Below, piece by piece: positions 29,741 to 40,030 of a DNA stretch of 64,000 bases (positions are counted from its first letter, which is position 1; every line of letters begins with the position of its first letter). Origin of the DNA: an uncultured Limnohabitans sp. (GTDB lineage: Bacteria; Bacteroidota; Bacteroidia; Cytophagales; Cyclobacteriaceae). The position numbers and the translations under genes were made by a program. The notes beneath the pieces were generated by a model. That model worked only from the letters and a program-made list of their open reading frames with translations, searched no databases and had not been told where the DNA came from. Location: the NCBI GenBank assembly GCA_964613865.1, contig CAZTJM010000002.1:4132-68131 (forward strand), given 5' to 3'.

Positions 29741-29778
29741 AAAAGGCTGGCCGATTGATCGGCTAGCCTTTCTTTTTT
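29741..29778 (+). terminator. Intrinsic terminator after the OmpA/MotB gene
   Basis: AAAAGGCTGGCCGAT-TG-ATCGGCTAGCCTTT followed by CTTTTTT. Confidence 0.75.
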
Positions 29779-29820
29779 AACTCAAAATTGAAATTTTGAG
29801 GTGTACGAAAACACCTCGTA

Positions 29821-30200
29821 AAAGACCGCTATATCTGCTCGGTGGGACAACCGGTGGAACGGAGCGGGCAAAGCATTCGAAAAACTTCGACTGGCTTCGT
29901 CCAGCACTACCGTGCAAATAAGTGCGTCGGCTGTCCGCTTGCCACAGCCTGTCAGCCCGGAATAGGAAACAAAGTCCTCAAGGTCAACATCCGGTTGGAT
30001 GAACTGAAAGCAAAGGCCATGGAGAGGCCGACCACTGAGCTGTGAATCCGAAAAAGGAAACAGTCGGCAACGGACGTGAACCGGTCTTCGGATACCTCAA
30101 GCACAACAAGGAAAGAGGCCGATTCATGCTACGCGGCAAGAATAAAGTCGAAATCGAAACAGGTCTGCTGGCCTTCGCCCACAACCTGGCCAATATGTAG
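29821..30200 (+). pseudogene. 3' fragment of an IS1182-family transposase (stop codon plus frameshift)
   Basis: KDRYICSVGQP..KTSTGF..YRANKCVGCPL..C, then TGA at 30043. A 1-nt deletion separates DV from EPVFGYLKHNK..RFMLRGKNKVEIETGLLAFAHNL*. Confidence 0.85.
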
Positions 30201-30398
30201 GCCGGGTAAAACCGGTCTTGGATCGCTTTTTAACCCACTAAAAAACAAAAACATATCCCTCACTCGAGCGATAAAAAATCATCAAATATCCGATGGGAAG
30301 AACGGGAGTCAAAAAACAGAGGCCGAAAATCAAAAATCGGCCTCTATTACGTAAAATCGACTGTCTTTAACTTTGGGTACTAATTATGAGGCAGCCCC
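29821..30398 (+). mobile_element. IS1182-like remnant including the putative right end
   Basis: Transposase fragment, a GAGGCCGA/TCGGCCTC hairpin, and terminal TTATGAGGCAGCCCC (30384-30398), which resembles IS1182-type ends. No left end was found. Confidence 0.65.
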
Positions 30399-30430
30399 TT
30401 TTCCTGTGACAGCTGTAAATCATCAGCTCT

Positions 30431-31780
30431 TTAATCTTCGATTTCCAAAGTTCCCAAGGCAAACTTCATCAGAACTTCCTGGAAATAAAGCGTGTATACA
30501 GCTTGAGCCTGATCAGCCTGAGCTCGTACCAAGGTCTGGTTGGCAGTAGACATATCCACAAAGCTGGAGAGGCCCAACCTGAATCTCTCGCTGACAGCCT
30601 TGGCGGCCTCTTCTGCTGCCAAGACCTGGACTTGCGAATTTTCCTCCTTCCGTAGCGCTGCTAGGTAATTCTGGTAGGAAAGCTTCACCTCTTGGTAAAC
30701 CTTCCGCTCTGTAGCTTCTTTTTGCAGCAACTGATTTTCGTATGCGGCCCTGCTTCTGGTCACATCCAATCGAGTCTGAAAATTGGTGAAGATGGGAATC
30801 GCCAAGCCTATACCGAGCGTATTTTGAGGGTAAATTTTCAAAAACTGCTCCCTCAAAGTCCGCTCATCCAAAGAAGTGAAGAAGGTATTGTAATTGTAAA
30901 ACGCGTTCAGTCTGGGAAAGTACATTGCCTTGACGGCCTGCATGTCCTTCTTATATGAAGTAGCAAGAAGGCTTTGTTGACCCAGATCCTCACGACTGGA
31001 TTTTGCCATTTCATATAGCTCTGCCACATTCATTCCTGCAAAGGAACTGCTTTCGCGAATAGGCTCCACAGGTTCAATTTTGGGCACGACTCCGGGTGCC
31101 AACTGTAGATATTCCGTAAGTAGCCATAGATCATTTTCCAGCTGGACTCCTGCATCAACTTTGACCGATTCAAGCCTTGCTACCTCAGATTGCTGATTGT
31201 AAAGATCGGACACTGTCCGTAGGCCCGCGTCCACAAAACCCTCAATCTGCAGCAACTGCTGTTTTTGGTTTTCAAGGTTTTCCGACGCAATCCGGTAAAG
31301 TTCCTGATCCAACAATACCTGCAGATATCGTCTTGAGACGTCGAATATGACTTGTTGCTTGGCGCGATTCAGCCCTTTCTCCCCAGCTTCCAGTGCCAGT
31401 TTGGCGGATTGGGTATCGAGTATCCTCCTGCCCGAATTAAAAAGGGGCATGTTGACATTTAAGTTTCCGCTGACGATCTCGTTGGTTACGTTCGTTACAA
31501 CGATTTCACCTTCGATCTGCTGGAACTGTTGGCCGGACTGTCTGCTAAAGTTGGAGCTGATACCCACGTTGGGAAGATGGGAAAGGAGCGCCACCTGCCG
31601 TTCTTTCTGAAGAATGGCCAAATTGTTTTCTTGGATTCGGTATTCCAAGTTTTTGGTCAGTGCAAGATCCACCGCCATTTGAAAATCCATCGGGATGGTA
31701 TCCTGTGCGTGCAAAGTGCCCGCAAGCAAGAATCCGCCCAACATTCCAACCAGTTTTCTATTAAGAGGCAATCGCTTCAT
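30431..31780 (-). CDS. TolC family outer-membrane efflux protein
   Basis: Signal peptide, two OEP halves (MPLFNSG, IPIFTNF) and coiled helices. Confidence 0.9.
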   Translation of the reverse strand: MKRLPLNRKLVGMLGGFLLAGTLHAQDTIPMDFQMAVDLALTKNLEYRIQENNLAILQKERQVALLSHLPNVGISSNFSRQSGQQFQQIEGEIVVTNVTNEIVSGNLNVNMPLFNSGRRILDTQSAKLALEAGEKGLNRAKQQVIFDVSRRYLQVLLDQELYRIASENLENQKQQLLQIEGFVDAGLRTVSDLYNQQSEVARLESVKVDAGVQLENDLWLLTEYLQLAPGVVPKIEPVEPIRESSSFAGMNVAELYEMAKSSREDLGQQSLLATSYKKDMQAVKAMYFPRLNAFYNYNTFFTSLDERTLREQFLKIYPQNTLGIGLAIPIFTNFQTRLDVTRSRAAYENQLLQKEATERKVYQEVKLSYQNYLAALRKEENSQVQVLAAEEAAKAVSERFRLGLSSFVDMSTANQTLVRAQADQAQAVYTLYFQEVLMKFALGTLEIED

Positions 31781-32441
31781 CTGTTTCTATTCTTCCGTCT
31801 ACTAAATTGATCAATCGGGTGCCGTAGTCGGCATTTTCCCGAGCATGGGTGGCTTGGATGATGGTCGTTCCCTCCGCATGCAGTTCCCTGAATATTTCCA
31901 TGATTTCCTTGGCCTGTGCCGAATGGAGGTTTCCAGTGGGCTCATCGGCGAGCAACACCCTAGGCTTGCCGGCAATCGCCCTGGCAATTCCCACAAGCTG
32001 CTGCTGACCGCCTGACAATTGGGCAGGAAAGAGGTCCTTTTTCGCCACCATGTTAAATCTATCCAACAAGTCTGCAATGATACTCTTGCGTTCTCCCGAG
32101 GACACATTTCTGTAAAGCAGTGGTGTCTCGATGTTTTCATAGACCGTGAGTTCATCGATCAGGTGATATGCTTGGAAGATGTAGCCAAACTCGCTCTTGT
32201 GAAGGTTTGAACGCTCCTTGTCCCTCATGTGCCGGATATTTCTTTCTCCGAAAAAGTAATCCCCATCATAGTCCTCGTCGAGTAGCCCGAGGATGTTGAG
32301 CAAGGTGGATTTACCGGCGCCAGAAGGCCCCATCAGGGTGATAAATTCCCCCTCGTTGATGGTGAGGTTGATTCCCTTGAGAATGAAAACACGCTGAAAA
32401 CGCGATTCGATGTACTTATCAATTTCTTTAAGTTGGATCAT
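31761..32441 (-). CDS. ABC transporter ATP-binding protein (MacB/LolD-like)
   Basis: GPSGAGKST, LSGGQQQ and LLADEPTGNL motifs, ATH switch. Confidence 0.95.
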   Translation of the reverse strand: MIQLKEIDKYIESRFQRVFILKGINLTINEGEFITLMGPSGAGKSTLLNILGLLDEDYDGDYFFGERNIRHMRDKERSNLHKSEFGYIFQAYHLIDELTVYENIETPLLYRNVSSGERKSIIADLLDRFNMVAKKDLFPAQLSGGQQQLVGIARAIAGKPRVLLADEPTGNLHSAQAKEIMEIFRELHAEGTTIIQATHARENADYGTRLINLVDGRIETDEAIAS

Positions 32442-32459
32442 TTTATATAAATCAGATAA

Positions 32460-34859
32460 TTAATCACTCTTTAATGTTTTGGACGGATTGACCCGGTAGA
32501 CTTTCCAACTTCGATAGCCTATGGTAATCAGTGCTAGAAGCAAAACCACCAGGATAGAGCTTACGAAAGGCCCTATGCCGATCTGGGCTTTATTTGCAAA
32601 ACCCTCCAACCAAGTCCCTGAAAACCAAATCCCAAACGCTATCGCCAAGATCGCCGACAGCGCCAATAACTTTAAAAAATCGGAAGAAAGCACACCCAAG
32701 ACATCCCCCTGCGTAGCGCCTAGCACCTTTCGGATACTGATTTCACGAGTTCTCCTCAAGGCAACATAAGACACCAAGCCAAACAATCCCATGCAGGCGA
32801 TGAAAATCGCTATCCCGGAAAACAAGCCGAATATAGCCCCAACCCGCTCTTCAGAACGATAGAGCTGGGCGTATTCCTGGTCTATAAACCGGTAGTTGAA
32901 CGGTCTGTCCGGAACCAAAGCCTTCCATGTATCCTCAAGGGTGGCGAGATGAGCCGCTGGATTTCCAGCCGGGATTTTCACCAAGAGTACATTTGCTTGG
33001 CCGGGATCGATGAATATTCCCAAGGGTTCTACTTTGTGATGCAGGGAATTGAAGTAAAAATCGTTAACAACGCCTTTGACATAGGCCATAGATCCCCCAT
33101 AGTTGAGTTTTCTGCCGATGGCCTCTTCCGGCGTCCAGCCCAGTTGGCTAAGCGCAGACTCGTTTAGAATCAACGGAAACTCGAGCGCAGAGTCGTAGGC
33201 AACACCTCTTGAAAGGTCGGTCTCCGTGAAGTTTTCCCCTGCCAAGACCGTCAACCCAATCGTATTCACTATATCTTTGTCTACGGAGTACCCGGTAATC
33301 ATAAACTCCCTTTGGTTGTCTCCGCCGGGAAAGATGGTATAGCCTGCCTTGATGTGGATAGGCATGTCCGCGGCCAGGGCGATGGATTCTGCTGAACCGG
33401 ATCGAAGCATCTCCTGCTTTACCGACTCTATCGAATTGCGCATATTGTAATGGTACGGCAGAGCCAGCACCTGCTCTCGCTGGTAGCCTAGGTTGACTTC
33501 CTGCATGTAGTCGAGTTGGGACTTGACTATAAAGGTCGAGATCAATAATCCCATGGAGACGAAAAACTGGAAGACCACCAGGGACTTTCTCACCCAGGCA
33601 CCTCCGCCGATCTTGATTTGGTTTCCCAAAGCTTTGATAGGCTGAAGTCCGGAAAGGATCACCGAAGGATACATTCCAGCGAGAAGCCCTACGGCAGCGA
33701 CCAGGAAGGCCATTAGCAGGATTCCCTTCGCCGAAAAAAGTAGGCTTAAATCCAATGGCACCCCTCCCAATCTCACAAATTGAGGCGCAATCAGGTAAAT
33801 AATCAGCAGACTCAATACCGCTGCGCCAAAGGTCAAAATCATCGACTCGGAAACAAACTGGCCAAACAGCTGCAATCTGTCTGCGCCCATTACCTTTCGA
33901 AGTCCCACCTCCCGATTTCGCTCCGTCGCCTCAGCCGTGGCAAGATTTACATAATTGATGATCCCGATTGCGATCAACAAAATCGCCACCACGCCAAAGA
34001 TGTAGAGGTATTTCACGTCCGTCCCTGGCTTGATCGAACTAAGCGTCTGATCGCCCAAGTGGATATTGGTCACTGGCTGGGTAAAAAAGGCCGTTTGGAA
34101 ACCATACTCCTTTTGCTCCTCTCCCAAGTATTTCTCCACCAACTGGGGCAATTTCGCTTCAAATGCCGCTCGATCCGCATCCTCCCGGAGCTTGACGTAG
34201 CTGTAGTAGTTGCTTGGGGACCATTCGGGGTTCTTACCATGCCTATGGGTCTTGAACGAAGCCAAAAAGTCAAAGTCCAAATGACTGTTGCTGGGGAAAT
34301 TTTCCATGACCCCAGTAACCTGGTATTCCTTGCTGTCAATCTTGAGTGTTTTTCCTTCAGCATTCTGGGCTGACCCAAAATAACGTTTGGCAGTCTCCTC
34401 GGTCAGTACCACCTGATTGGGTTCATCCAAGAGGCTACCCTTTTGGCCAGCAAGGATCTCAAAATCAAAGACCTTGTAAAAGTTCTCATCCACAAAGGCG
34501 AATCGGGATTCCTCTTGATTCCCTTCGCCAGCATCGACCAAGACCGACGAAAAAATACTCAAGTCAAAAACCAGGGTACCTGTCTCAACTTCTGGGTACT
34601 CCTCGATCAAGGTCGGCACCAAAAGGGACGGTGTGGTGCTGACCAACTGCCGTTCACCACCCGACACGAACTCTTGGTTGAACTTATAAATACGATCCGA
34701 CCCGGTATACATCCTGTCATAGCTCCACTCATGGTAGATGTAAAGAGAGATCACAAAAAAACTGACTAGCGCAATAGTCAGCCCCAGCAGGTTAATCCCA
34801 GTGTAGAGCTTGCGCTTCTTCAGGTTTCTAAATGAGACTTTCAGGTAATTTTTCCACAT
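32460..34859 (-). CDS. MacB/FtsX-like ABC permease, paralogue 1
   Basis: MWKNYLKVSFRNL start at 34859, duplicated MacB_PCD + FtsX halves, INYVNLATA and REISIRKVLGA. Confidence 0.93.
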   Translation of the reverse strand: MWKNYLKVSFRNLKKRKLYTGINLLGLTIALVSFFVISLYIYHEWSYDRMYTGSDRIYKFNQEFVSGGERQLVSTTPSLLVPTLIEEYPEVETGTLVFDLSIFSSVLVDAGEGNQEESRFAFVDENFYKVFDFEILAGQKGSLLDEPNQVVLTEETAKRYFGSAQNAEGKTLKIDSKEYQVTGVMENFPSNSHLDFDFLASFKTHRHGKNPEWSPSNYYSYVKLREDADRAAFEAKLPQLVEKYLGEEQKEYGFQTAFFTQPVTNIHLGDQTLSSIKPGTDVKYLYIFGVVAILLIAIGIINYVNLATAEATERNREVGLRKVMGADRLQLFGQFVSESMILTFGAAVLSLLIIYLIAPQFVRLGGVPLDLSLLFSAKGILLMAFLVAAVGLLAGMYPSVILSGLQPIKALGNQIKIGGGAWVRKSLVVFQFFVSMGLLISTFIVKSQLDYMQEVNLGYQREQVLALPYHYNMRNSIESVKQEMLRSGSAESIALAADMPIHIKAGYTIFPGGDNQREFMITGYSVDKDIVNTIGLTVLAGENFTETDLSRGVAYDSALEFPLILNESALSQLGWTPEEAIGRKLNYGGSMAYVKGVVNDFYFNSLHHKVEPLGIFIDPGQANVLLVKIPAGNPAAHLATLEDTWKALVPDRPFNYRFIDQEYAQLYRSEERVGAIFGLFSGIAIFIACMGLFGLVSYVALRRTREISIRKVLGATQGDVLGVLSSDFLKLLALSAILAIAFGIWFSGTWLEGFANKAQIGIGPFVSSILVVLLLALITIGYRSWKVYRVNPSKTLKSD

Positions 34860-34955
34860 GGCGACAAAAGTTGCGAGGTCGTAAAATTGAAAAGTGGTAA
34901 GGCTTCCTACCAACTTTAGGCATACTTCCTCCTCGGCTCCCTACTTCCTACTATT

Positions 34956-35047
34956 ATGCCACAAAAAAAGCCCCTGAATTGACTCCAGAGGCATTTTTTT
35001 GAATTTATCCGCGTAGTTTTCTCGAACATTTTTGTTCGCCAGCGGAC
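34956..35047 (-). promoter_or_regulatory. Conserved upstream module, copy A: TGGCAT box plus CGAACA-N4-TGTTCG palindrome
   Basis: ATGCCA at 34956-34961, CGAACATTTTTGTTCG at 35023-35038, then ccagCGGAC. Confidence 0.6.
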
Positions 35048-35112
35048 GAATCTTTTGAATTCTAAACCGATAAAATGTGGAAACTGAAAACTCAGCCTCC
35101 CAGATTTGGGCT

Positions 35113-36462
35113 TTAGAATTTTCTATACTTTCCTTTTAGGTATTGGTTAGCTTCTTTCTCCTCAAACTTGGCTTTCTTGCTATCCCAGTGCAAAGTCTGA
35201 TTTGGGAATCGACCGGCGATCACCCCTAGCAAAATGGTCTCAGTCAGTCTTGCTGCATAGGAGAATGGTGCAGTACATTCACCTTGGCCAAGGCATGCAT
35301 CGACAAACTGGTGGTAATGTTTCTTGCTCTCGGCATCATAGTCCTTCACTGGCTTGCCTAGGTTGAACTTCTCGATATCCATTTCCTGATATTTTCCATC
35401 GACGATCAATCGTGGAAGTTGCTGGAAGTGCGGAAGCAGAAGTCTTCCTTTTTCTCCCATAAACATCGCTCCCTGATCCGGCAACTCTTCGCCATTTGGC
35501 AACTTCAGATCCTCATGATCGGCAGGCGCTCCAGGACCGTCATACCATACCCACTTCAAAGTCTCGGCAGTATAGGGAGTCGAAGGAAACTCATAGGTGA
35601 CGACATTGTGCTCCGGAAAGCCAAAACCAGTCGGTTGGCGGGTTTCATTGACGATAGTTCTGGGGACATCAAGTTGAAGGGCATTGTATGGCGTATCAAA
35701 GATATGCACACCCATGTCTCCTAAGGTGCCGCAGCCGAAGTCCATCACTTTTCTCCAGTTGCCCGGGTGGTACTCGCCCTCTTTAAAGGGGCGCTCTGGC
35801 GCCGTACCCAGCCACAGATTCCAGTCCAAATTGGCAGGAACCGGATCGCTTCCAGTTGGCGCAGGCTTGTCAGTTCCCCAGTTTTTTGGGGACCAAGCGC
35901 GCACCGTATGTACTTTGCCGATGATTCCATCCTGGATCAAAAGCGTCGCGAGCTTGTAGTCGTAGAAAGAGTGAACTTGGATACCCATTTGGGTGACTAG
36001 GCCTTTTTTCTCCGCTACTTCTTTCATCTCTCTCGCTTCAGACACATGGTGGGTAAGTGGCTTTTGGCAATACACCGGCTTGTCCATTTTCATTGCCATG
36101 AGAGAGGCTGGAGCATGGGTATGGTCTGGAGTCGACACGACTACCGCATCGATACCCTCTTCCATCTCCTTTAGCATTTCACGGTAGTCCGCATAGGTTT
36201 TTGCGTTGGGAAAAAGTGCTTTGGCCTTTTCGAGCATTTTGGAGTCTACATCGCAAAGAGCCACCACATCGACCGCATTGTGCGACGCGATCGCATCCAA
36301 GTCAGCCATGCCCATAGCCCCAAGACCGATGTGCGCGGTTCTCAATCTGCCATTTGCCTGGGCTTTAGCCAGAAGCGTGGGAGCCAAAGAAAGGCCTAAA
36401 ACTCCCAAGCCCGTCTTCTTGAGGAAATCTCTACGATCGATAAATTGGATCTTATTGTTCAT
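35113..36462 (-). CDS. Tat-exported Gfo/Idh/MocA oxidoreductase
   Basis: RRDFLK twin-arginine motif; IGLGAMG, VSTPDHTH, YCQKPL, QMGIQ and DMGVH motifs. Confidence 0.92.
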   Translation of the reverse strand: MNNKIQFIDRRDFLKKTGLGVLGLSLAPTLLAKAQANGRLRTAHIGLGAMGMADLDAIASHNAVDVVALCDVDSKMLEKAKALFPNAKTYADYREMLKEMEEGIDAVVVSTPDHTHAPASLMAMKMDKPVYCQKPLTHHVSEAREMKEVAEKKGLVTQMGIQVHSFYDYKLATLLIQDGIIGKVHTVRAWSPKNWGTDKPAPTGSDPVPANLDWNLWLGTAPERPFKEGEYHPGNWRKVMDFGCGTLGDMGVHIFDTPYNALQLDVPRTIVNETRQPTGFGFPEHNVVTYEFPSTPYTAETLKWVWYDGPGAPADHEDLKLPNGEELPDQGAMFMGEKGRLLLPHFQQLPRLIVDGKYQEMDIEKFNLGKPVKDYDAESKKHYHQFVDACLGQGECTAPFSYAARLTETILLGVIAGRFPNQTLHWDSKKAKFEEKEANQYLKGKYRKF

Positions 36463-36589
36463 ATCAATGAGTTATTAATTGGTGCTAACTAATTATGGGT
36501 TATTGATTATTGAGTCATTGAAGATTAAGTAGCACTCAGGTTTACACTCTGGTATCTCAATACCAGCAGCTAGCTACTCGATTCTTGAT

Positions 36590-37243
36590 TTACAGTTCCT
36601 TGATTCTGATATTTCTAAAGCGGACCACGTCGCCATGTCCCAGAAACCCGATGTGCCCGCTGCTCCGCTGCAAACCCGGATGTTCCTTGCCATCCAGCGT
36701 CCCATCTTTGCTTGCCTCCAAGTAGTCTCCTTCCAAGATGGTTTCCCCGTTGAGAATTACCTTGATCTTGGGGTGCTGTACGATTACTTCCTCTACATTC
36801 CATTCGCCAACGGGCTTGAGATATCCACGCTTTGCGGGGATCACGCCGTATACCGATCCGTGAAATTGATACTCATGAAGGTCCTTATACTTGTCGGCAG
36901 TATTGTCCAAAATCTGGATTTCCTTGCCTACATAGGCTGCGTCTCCGGAAAGCGGTGCGTGGATGCCGAGGCCGTTGTTTGCACCGGGAGTCAGTTGAAA
37001 CTCAAATCTCAAGACGAAATCTCCGTATTCCTTTTCTGTCAATAGATTACCTCCTCCCGATCCCTTTGGATCAATGACGATCATGCCGTCTTTGGCTTGG
37101 TAAGCGTTTTTGTTGCCTACCCAGCCATCGAGGCTTTTGCCGTCAAACAAGGAAACAAAACCTGCTTCGCTATCCTGCCCAAAGCAAGGCGAAAGGGCGA
37201 GAAACGTGTAAAACGTTGCGACTAAAAAGAGAGATTTCAACAT
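36590..37243 (-). CDS. DUF1080 (3-keto-disaccharide hydrolase-like) secreted protein
   Basis: SLFDGKSLDGW, LTEKEYGDFVLRFEF, NNGL, EIQILD, GEWN, and GHIGFLGHG.VRFRNIRIKEL. Confidence 0.9.
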   Translation of the reverse strand: MLKSLFLVATFYTFLALSPCFGQDSEAGFVSLFDGKSLDGWVGNKNAYQAKDGMIVIDPKGSGGGNLLTEKEYGDFVLRFEFQLTPGANNGLGIHAPLSGDAAYVGKEIQILDNTADKYKDLHEYQFHGSVYGVIPAKRGYLKPVGEWNVEEVIVQHPKIKVILNGETILEGDYLEASKDGTLDGKEHPGLQRSSGHIGFLGHGDVVRFRNIRIKEL

Positions 37244-37582
37244 AGCGTCTGGAGAATAAAAAAGGGCAATCCCTGTATTCAGCCGACAAATTAACCTTTC
37301 GCAGCAAATTTCCTTAAGAATACTTCGTAAAAAATTTTATTTACCTTCCAGATCGTTAACTCATTTTTTTAGAAAACTCTGATTCCGCGGTGTCAAAGAG
37401 AATGGTAGCGCACCGACCTCCCAACCTCTGTCTGCTTTTAAGGAGGAAATATTGAAAACGTTGTTCTTTGCGTCCTGTGAGTTGGAATGGACTCGGAAAC
37501 TTAGACTTTCATCCCCCACCGGACGCAAGCGATCGGATCCGCATCGTCCTGCGGGAACTGCCTGTCCCACTTCATAAATCCT

Positions 37583-39991
37583 CTATTCGTCCTTCAGCAC
37601 CTTTGCAGGGTTAGTTTGGGCAGCGACGTAGGAATGCAATCCCACGATGAGCAGACAGATAGCCAGCACTCCGACGCCGGAAATCCCAAAGAGGGAATAA
37701 GGCATCGAGATTTTATAGGTGAATCCGTCCAGCCAATCACTCAGAAAATAGTAGGCTGGATAAACGGCAAGCGCAAAAGAAACCAGCACAAGCAGCACGT
37801 ATTCTTTGGAAATAAGACCGAGAATCTGAACAATCGATGCACCGAGCACCTTACGGATACTGATTTCCTTGGTCCTCTGGGCAATGGTATAGGAGGAAAG
37901 ACCGAACAGCCCCATCGCAGAAATCAAAATGGCCAAGATGCAAGCACCTCCAAGCACATTGCGGATTCGCATATCCTCTTGATAAAACCGTTCTATCTGG
38001 GAATCCAAAAATTTAAATTCTGCTGTTTCGTAGGGATAAATTTCTTTGTAAATCGCCTCAAGCTCTTGCTTCGCCAATGCAAGATTTTGGCCTTTTTCCA
38101 ACTTTACTGTAACCGATTGGAAAAATTGGGGATTGACCGTGAGAATCAGCGGGCGAATCTCCTCTCGGAGCGTTCGGGAGTGAAAATTTGCCACCACTCC
38201 AACAATCTTCTTTTCGCTACCATTAAACCGGATGCTGAGCCCAACCGCTTCCTCCGCTGTACCAATACCCGCTTCCTTGAGGAAATTTTCATTGACCAGA
38301 ATTTCGTCTTCTCTATTGCTGCCTTGACTTCCCGCCAAGATGGGCACTCCGTTTACTTTTGCAAATGCCGAATCCACGTTCATCACTTGGATATATAGCT
38401 GCTTCTCTGTGGTATCCACGGGAACATGAGCGTCAGAGGTCCACAGACTGGTGGAAGACACAAGGTTGCCGCTGAGGCTTGCCCCCATGACCATGCTTTT
38501 TTGGTTGAGTCTGTCTTGCAGCTGCACCATCTTGTCTGGAGGAGAAAGAAACGGCAAAGAGGCGTACATGACCTCCTCTTTTTCGAAGCCCAAAGGCTGG
38601 CTAGACACATACCGCAGTTGTTGGTTGAGGACCAAAACTAGGATAATGAAGGCAATCGAGGCGGAAAACTGCAACACAGTCAGGTTTTTTCTCAAGAAGA
38701 CCCCAATTGAAAACCTCCTATAGCCCGAGGATTCCCCCTTGAGCGCCCGCTGCGGCTGGTAGCCAGACAAAACCAATGAGGGATAGATGCCGGAAACCAG
38801 CGTAATCATCAAGGGAAAGGCAAAACAGAAAGCGAGGTTGATCCCGCTGAGCTGGTCGATTCTAAAATCTGCCGGAAGATAATCCGAAAACAAAGCCCTC
38901 AGTGCTTCGACCAAACCAACTGCGAAAGCCATAGCCAAGAGCACAATCAGATAGGTCTCGGTCAGGAATTGAAGAATCAGTTGAGCCCGTCTCCCGCCTA
39001 AGGTCTTGCGTATCCCTACCTCCTTGGATCTCCCAATGGCTTGGGCTGTTTCGAGATTGATGAAGTTCAAGGCCGCTAGGAAAAGAATAATCAAGCCAAT
39101 GTAGATCAGGCCTTGGAGGAAGACCTTGGACACCGCGGTATCCGAATAGTTTTGGCTAAAATGCATTTCGCTCAGGGGCTCCACAAAAAAAGTAGTCTTC
39201 CCTTCATCGTCCTTTTTGTAATTCTTGTCCACAATCGACTTGAGCGACTCATCCAACTGGGCTTTTTCTACACCAAGTCCAGCTTTGACAAACAGCTGGG
39301 AACTGGAGTTGACGTTATCCCAACTATGCAGGCCGTACCACTCCTCCACCTCGCTATGCTTGATGGTTTGGTAGGAGATAAAATCAGTGAAGATAAAATC
39401 CGATTTTTCCCCGAAATCCTCCACTACACCCGTCACCTGGGCGATAATCGTATCCGAATCGACCCAGAGGAGCTCCTTCCCCAGTGCGGCCCCAGCATCG
39501 ACACCTGGAAAATAGCGGTTCAGGCTGGCTACCGAAATGACCGCTGTGTTGGGTGCATCAAGCGCCGTCTCTGGATTCCCAGCCAGCCAGGTCCTTGGAA
39601 AAATCTTGAAAAATCCGGGATCGGCAAAAGTGACGGTATTCACCCTTCCATAGACCTTGTTTTCGGCTGGGTTTGCCACCAGTGTCCGGCTTAGAGTATA
39701 AAGTCTCCCTTTGCCTTCCACAGCGGTGATCTCATCTTGGATCACCTCGCCAAGGGGTCCCGGAGTTCCGGAGTTGGGAAAACTGCCGTCTCCCCATTCA
39801 GTCAATGTATTTACCCTGAAGATCCGATCTCCATCAGGATGGAAGCGGTCAAAGCTGTAGGAATAAAAGACCAGATTGAAGATCAAAAAGCAGATCGAAA
39901 TCCCCAGCGAAAGTCCCAACACATGGATAAAAGTTCTGAGTTTGTTGCGGCCAAGATTTCGCCAGGCGATTTTAAAGTAGTTTTTCAGCAT
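37583..39991 (-). CDS. MacB/FtsX-like ABC permease, paralogue 2
   Basis: MLKNYFKIAWRNL at 39991; NFINLETA..KEVGIRK and RTKEISIRKVLGA. Confidence 0.93.
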   Translation of the reverse strand: MLKNYFKIAWRNLGRNKLRTFIHVLGLSLGISICFLIFNLVFYSYSFDRFHPDGDRIFRVNTLTEWGDGSFPNSGTPGPLGEVIQDEITAVEGKGRLYTLSRTLVANPAENKVYGRVNTVTFADPGFFKIFPRTWLAGNPETALDAPNTAVISVASLNRYFPGVDAGAALGKELLWVDSDTIIAQVTGVVEDFGEKSDFIFTDFISYQTIKHSEVEEWYGLHSWDNVNSSSQLFVKAGLGVEKAQLDESLKSIVDKNYKKDDEGKTTFFVEPLSEMHFSQNYSDTAVSKVFLQGLIYIGLIILFLAALNFINLETAQAIGRSKEVGIRKTLGGRRAQLILQFLTETYLIVLLAMAFAVGLVEALRALFSDYLPADFRIDQLSGINLAFCFAFPLMITLVSGIYPSLVLSGYQPQRALKGESSGYRRFSIGVFLRKNLTVLQFSASIAFIILVLVLNQQLRYVSSQPLGFEKEEVMYASLPFLSPPDKMVQLQDRLNQKSMVMGASLSGNLVSSTSLWTSDAHVPVDTTEKQLYIQVMNVDSAFAKVNGVPILAGSQGSNREDEILVNENFLKEAGIGTAEEAVGLSIRFNGSEKKIVGVVANFHSRTLREEIRPLILTVNPQFFQSVTVKLEKGQNLALAKQELEAIYKEIYPYETAEFKFLDSQIERFYQEDMRIRNVLGGACILAILISAMGLFGLSSYTIAQRTKEISIRKVLGASIVQILGLISKEYVLLVLVSFALAVYPAYYFLSDWLDGFTYKISMPYSLFGISGVGVLAICLLIVGLHSYVAAQTNPAKVLKDE

Positions 39992-40030
39992 AGAATTGAA
40001 AAATTTCAAAATTGTAAGATTGGAAAATTG

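Noticed and set aside
37361-37570. 69 aa minus-strand ORF in the permease-DUF1080 gap
   Set aside because: No family motif, and it overlaps a structured repeat-like element, so it is probably spurious.
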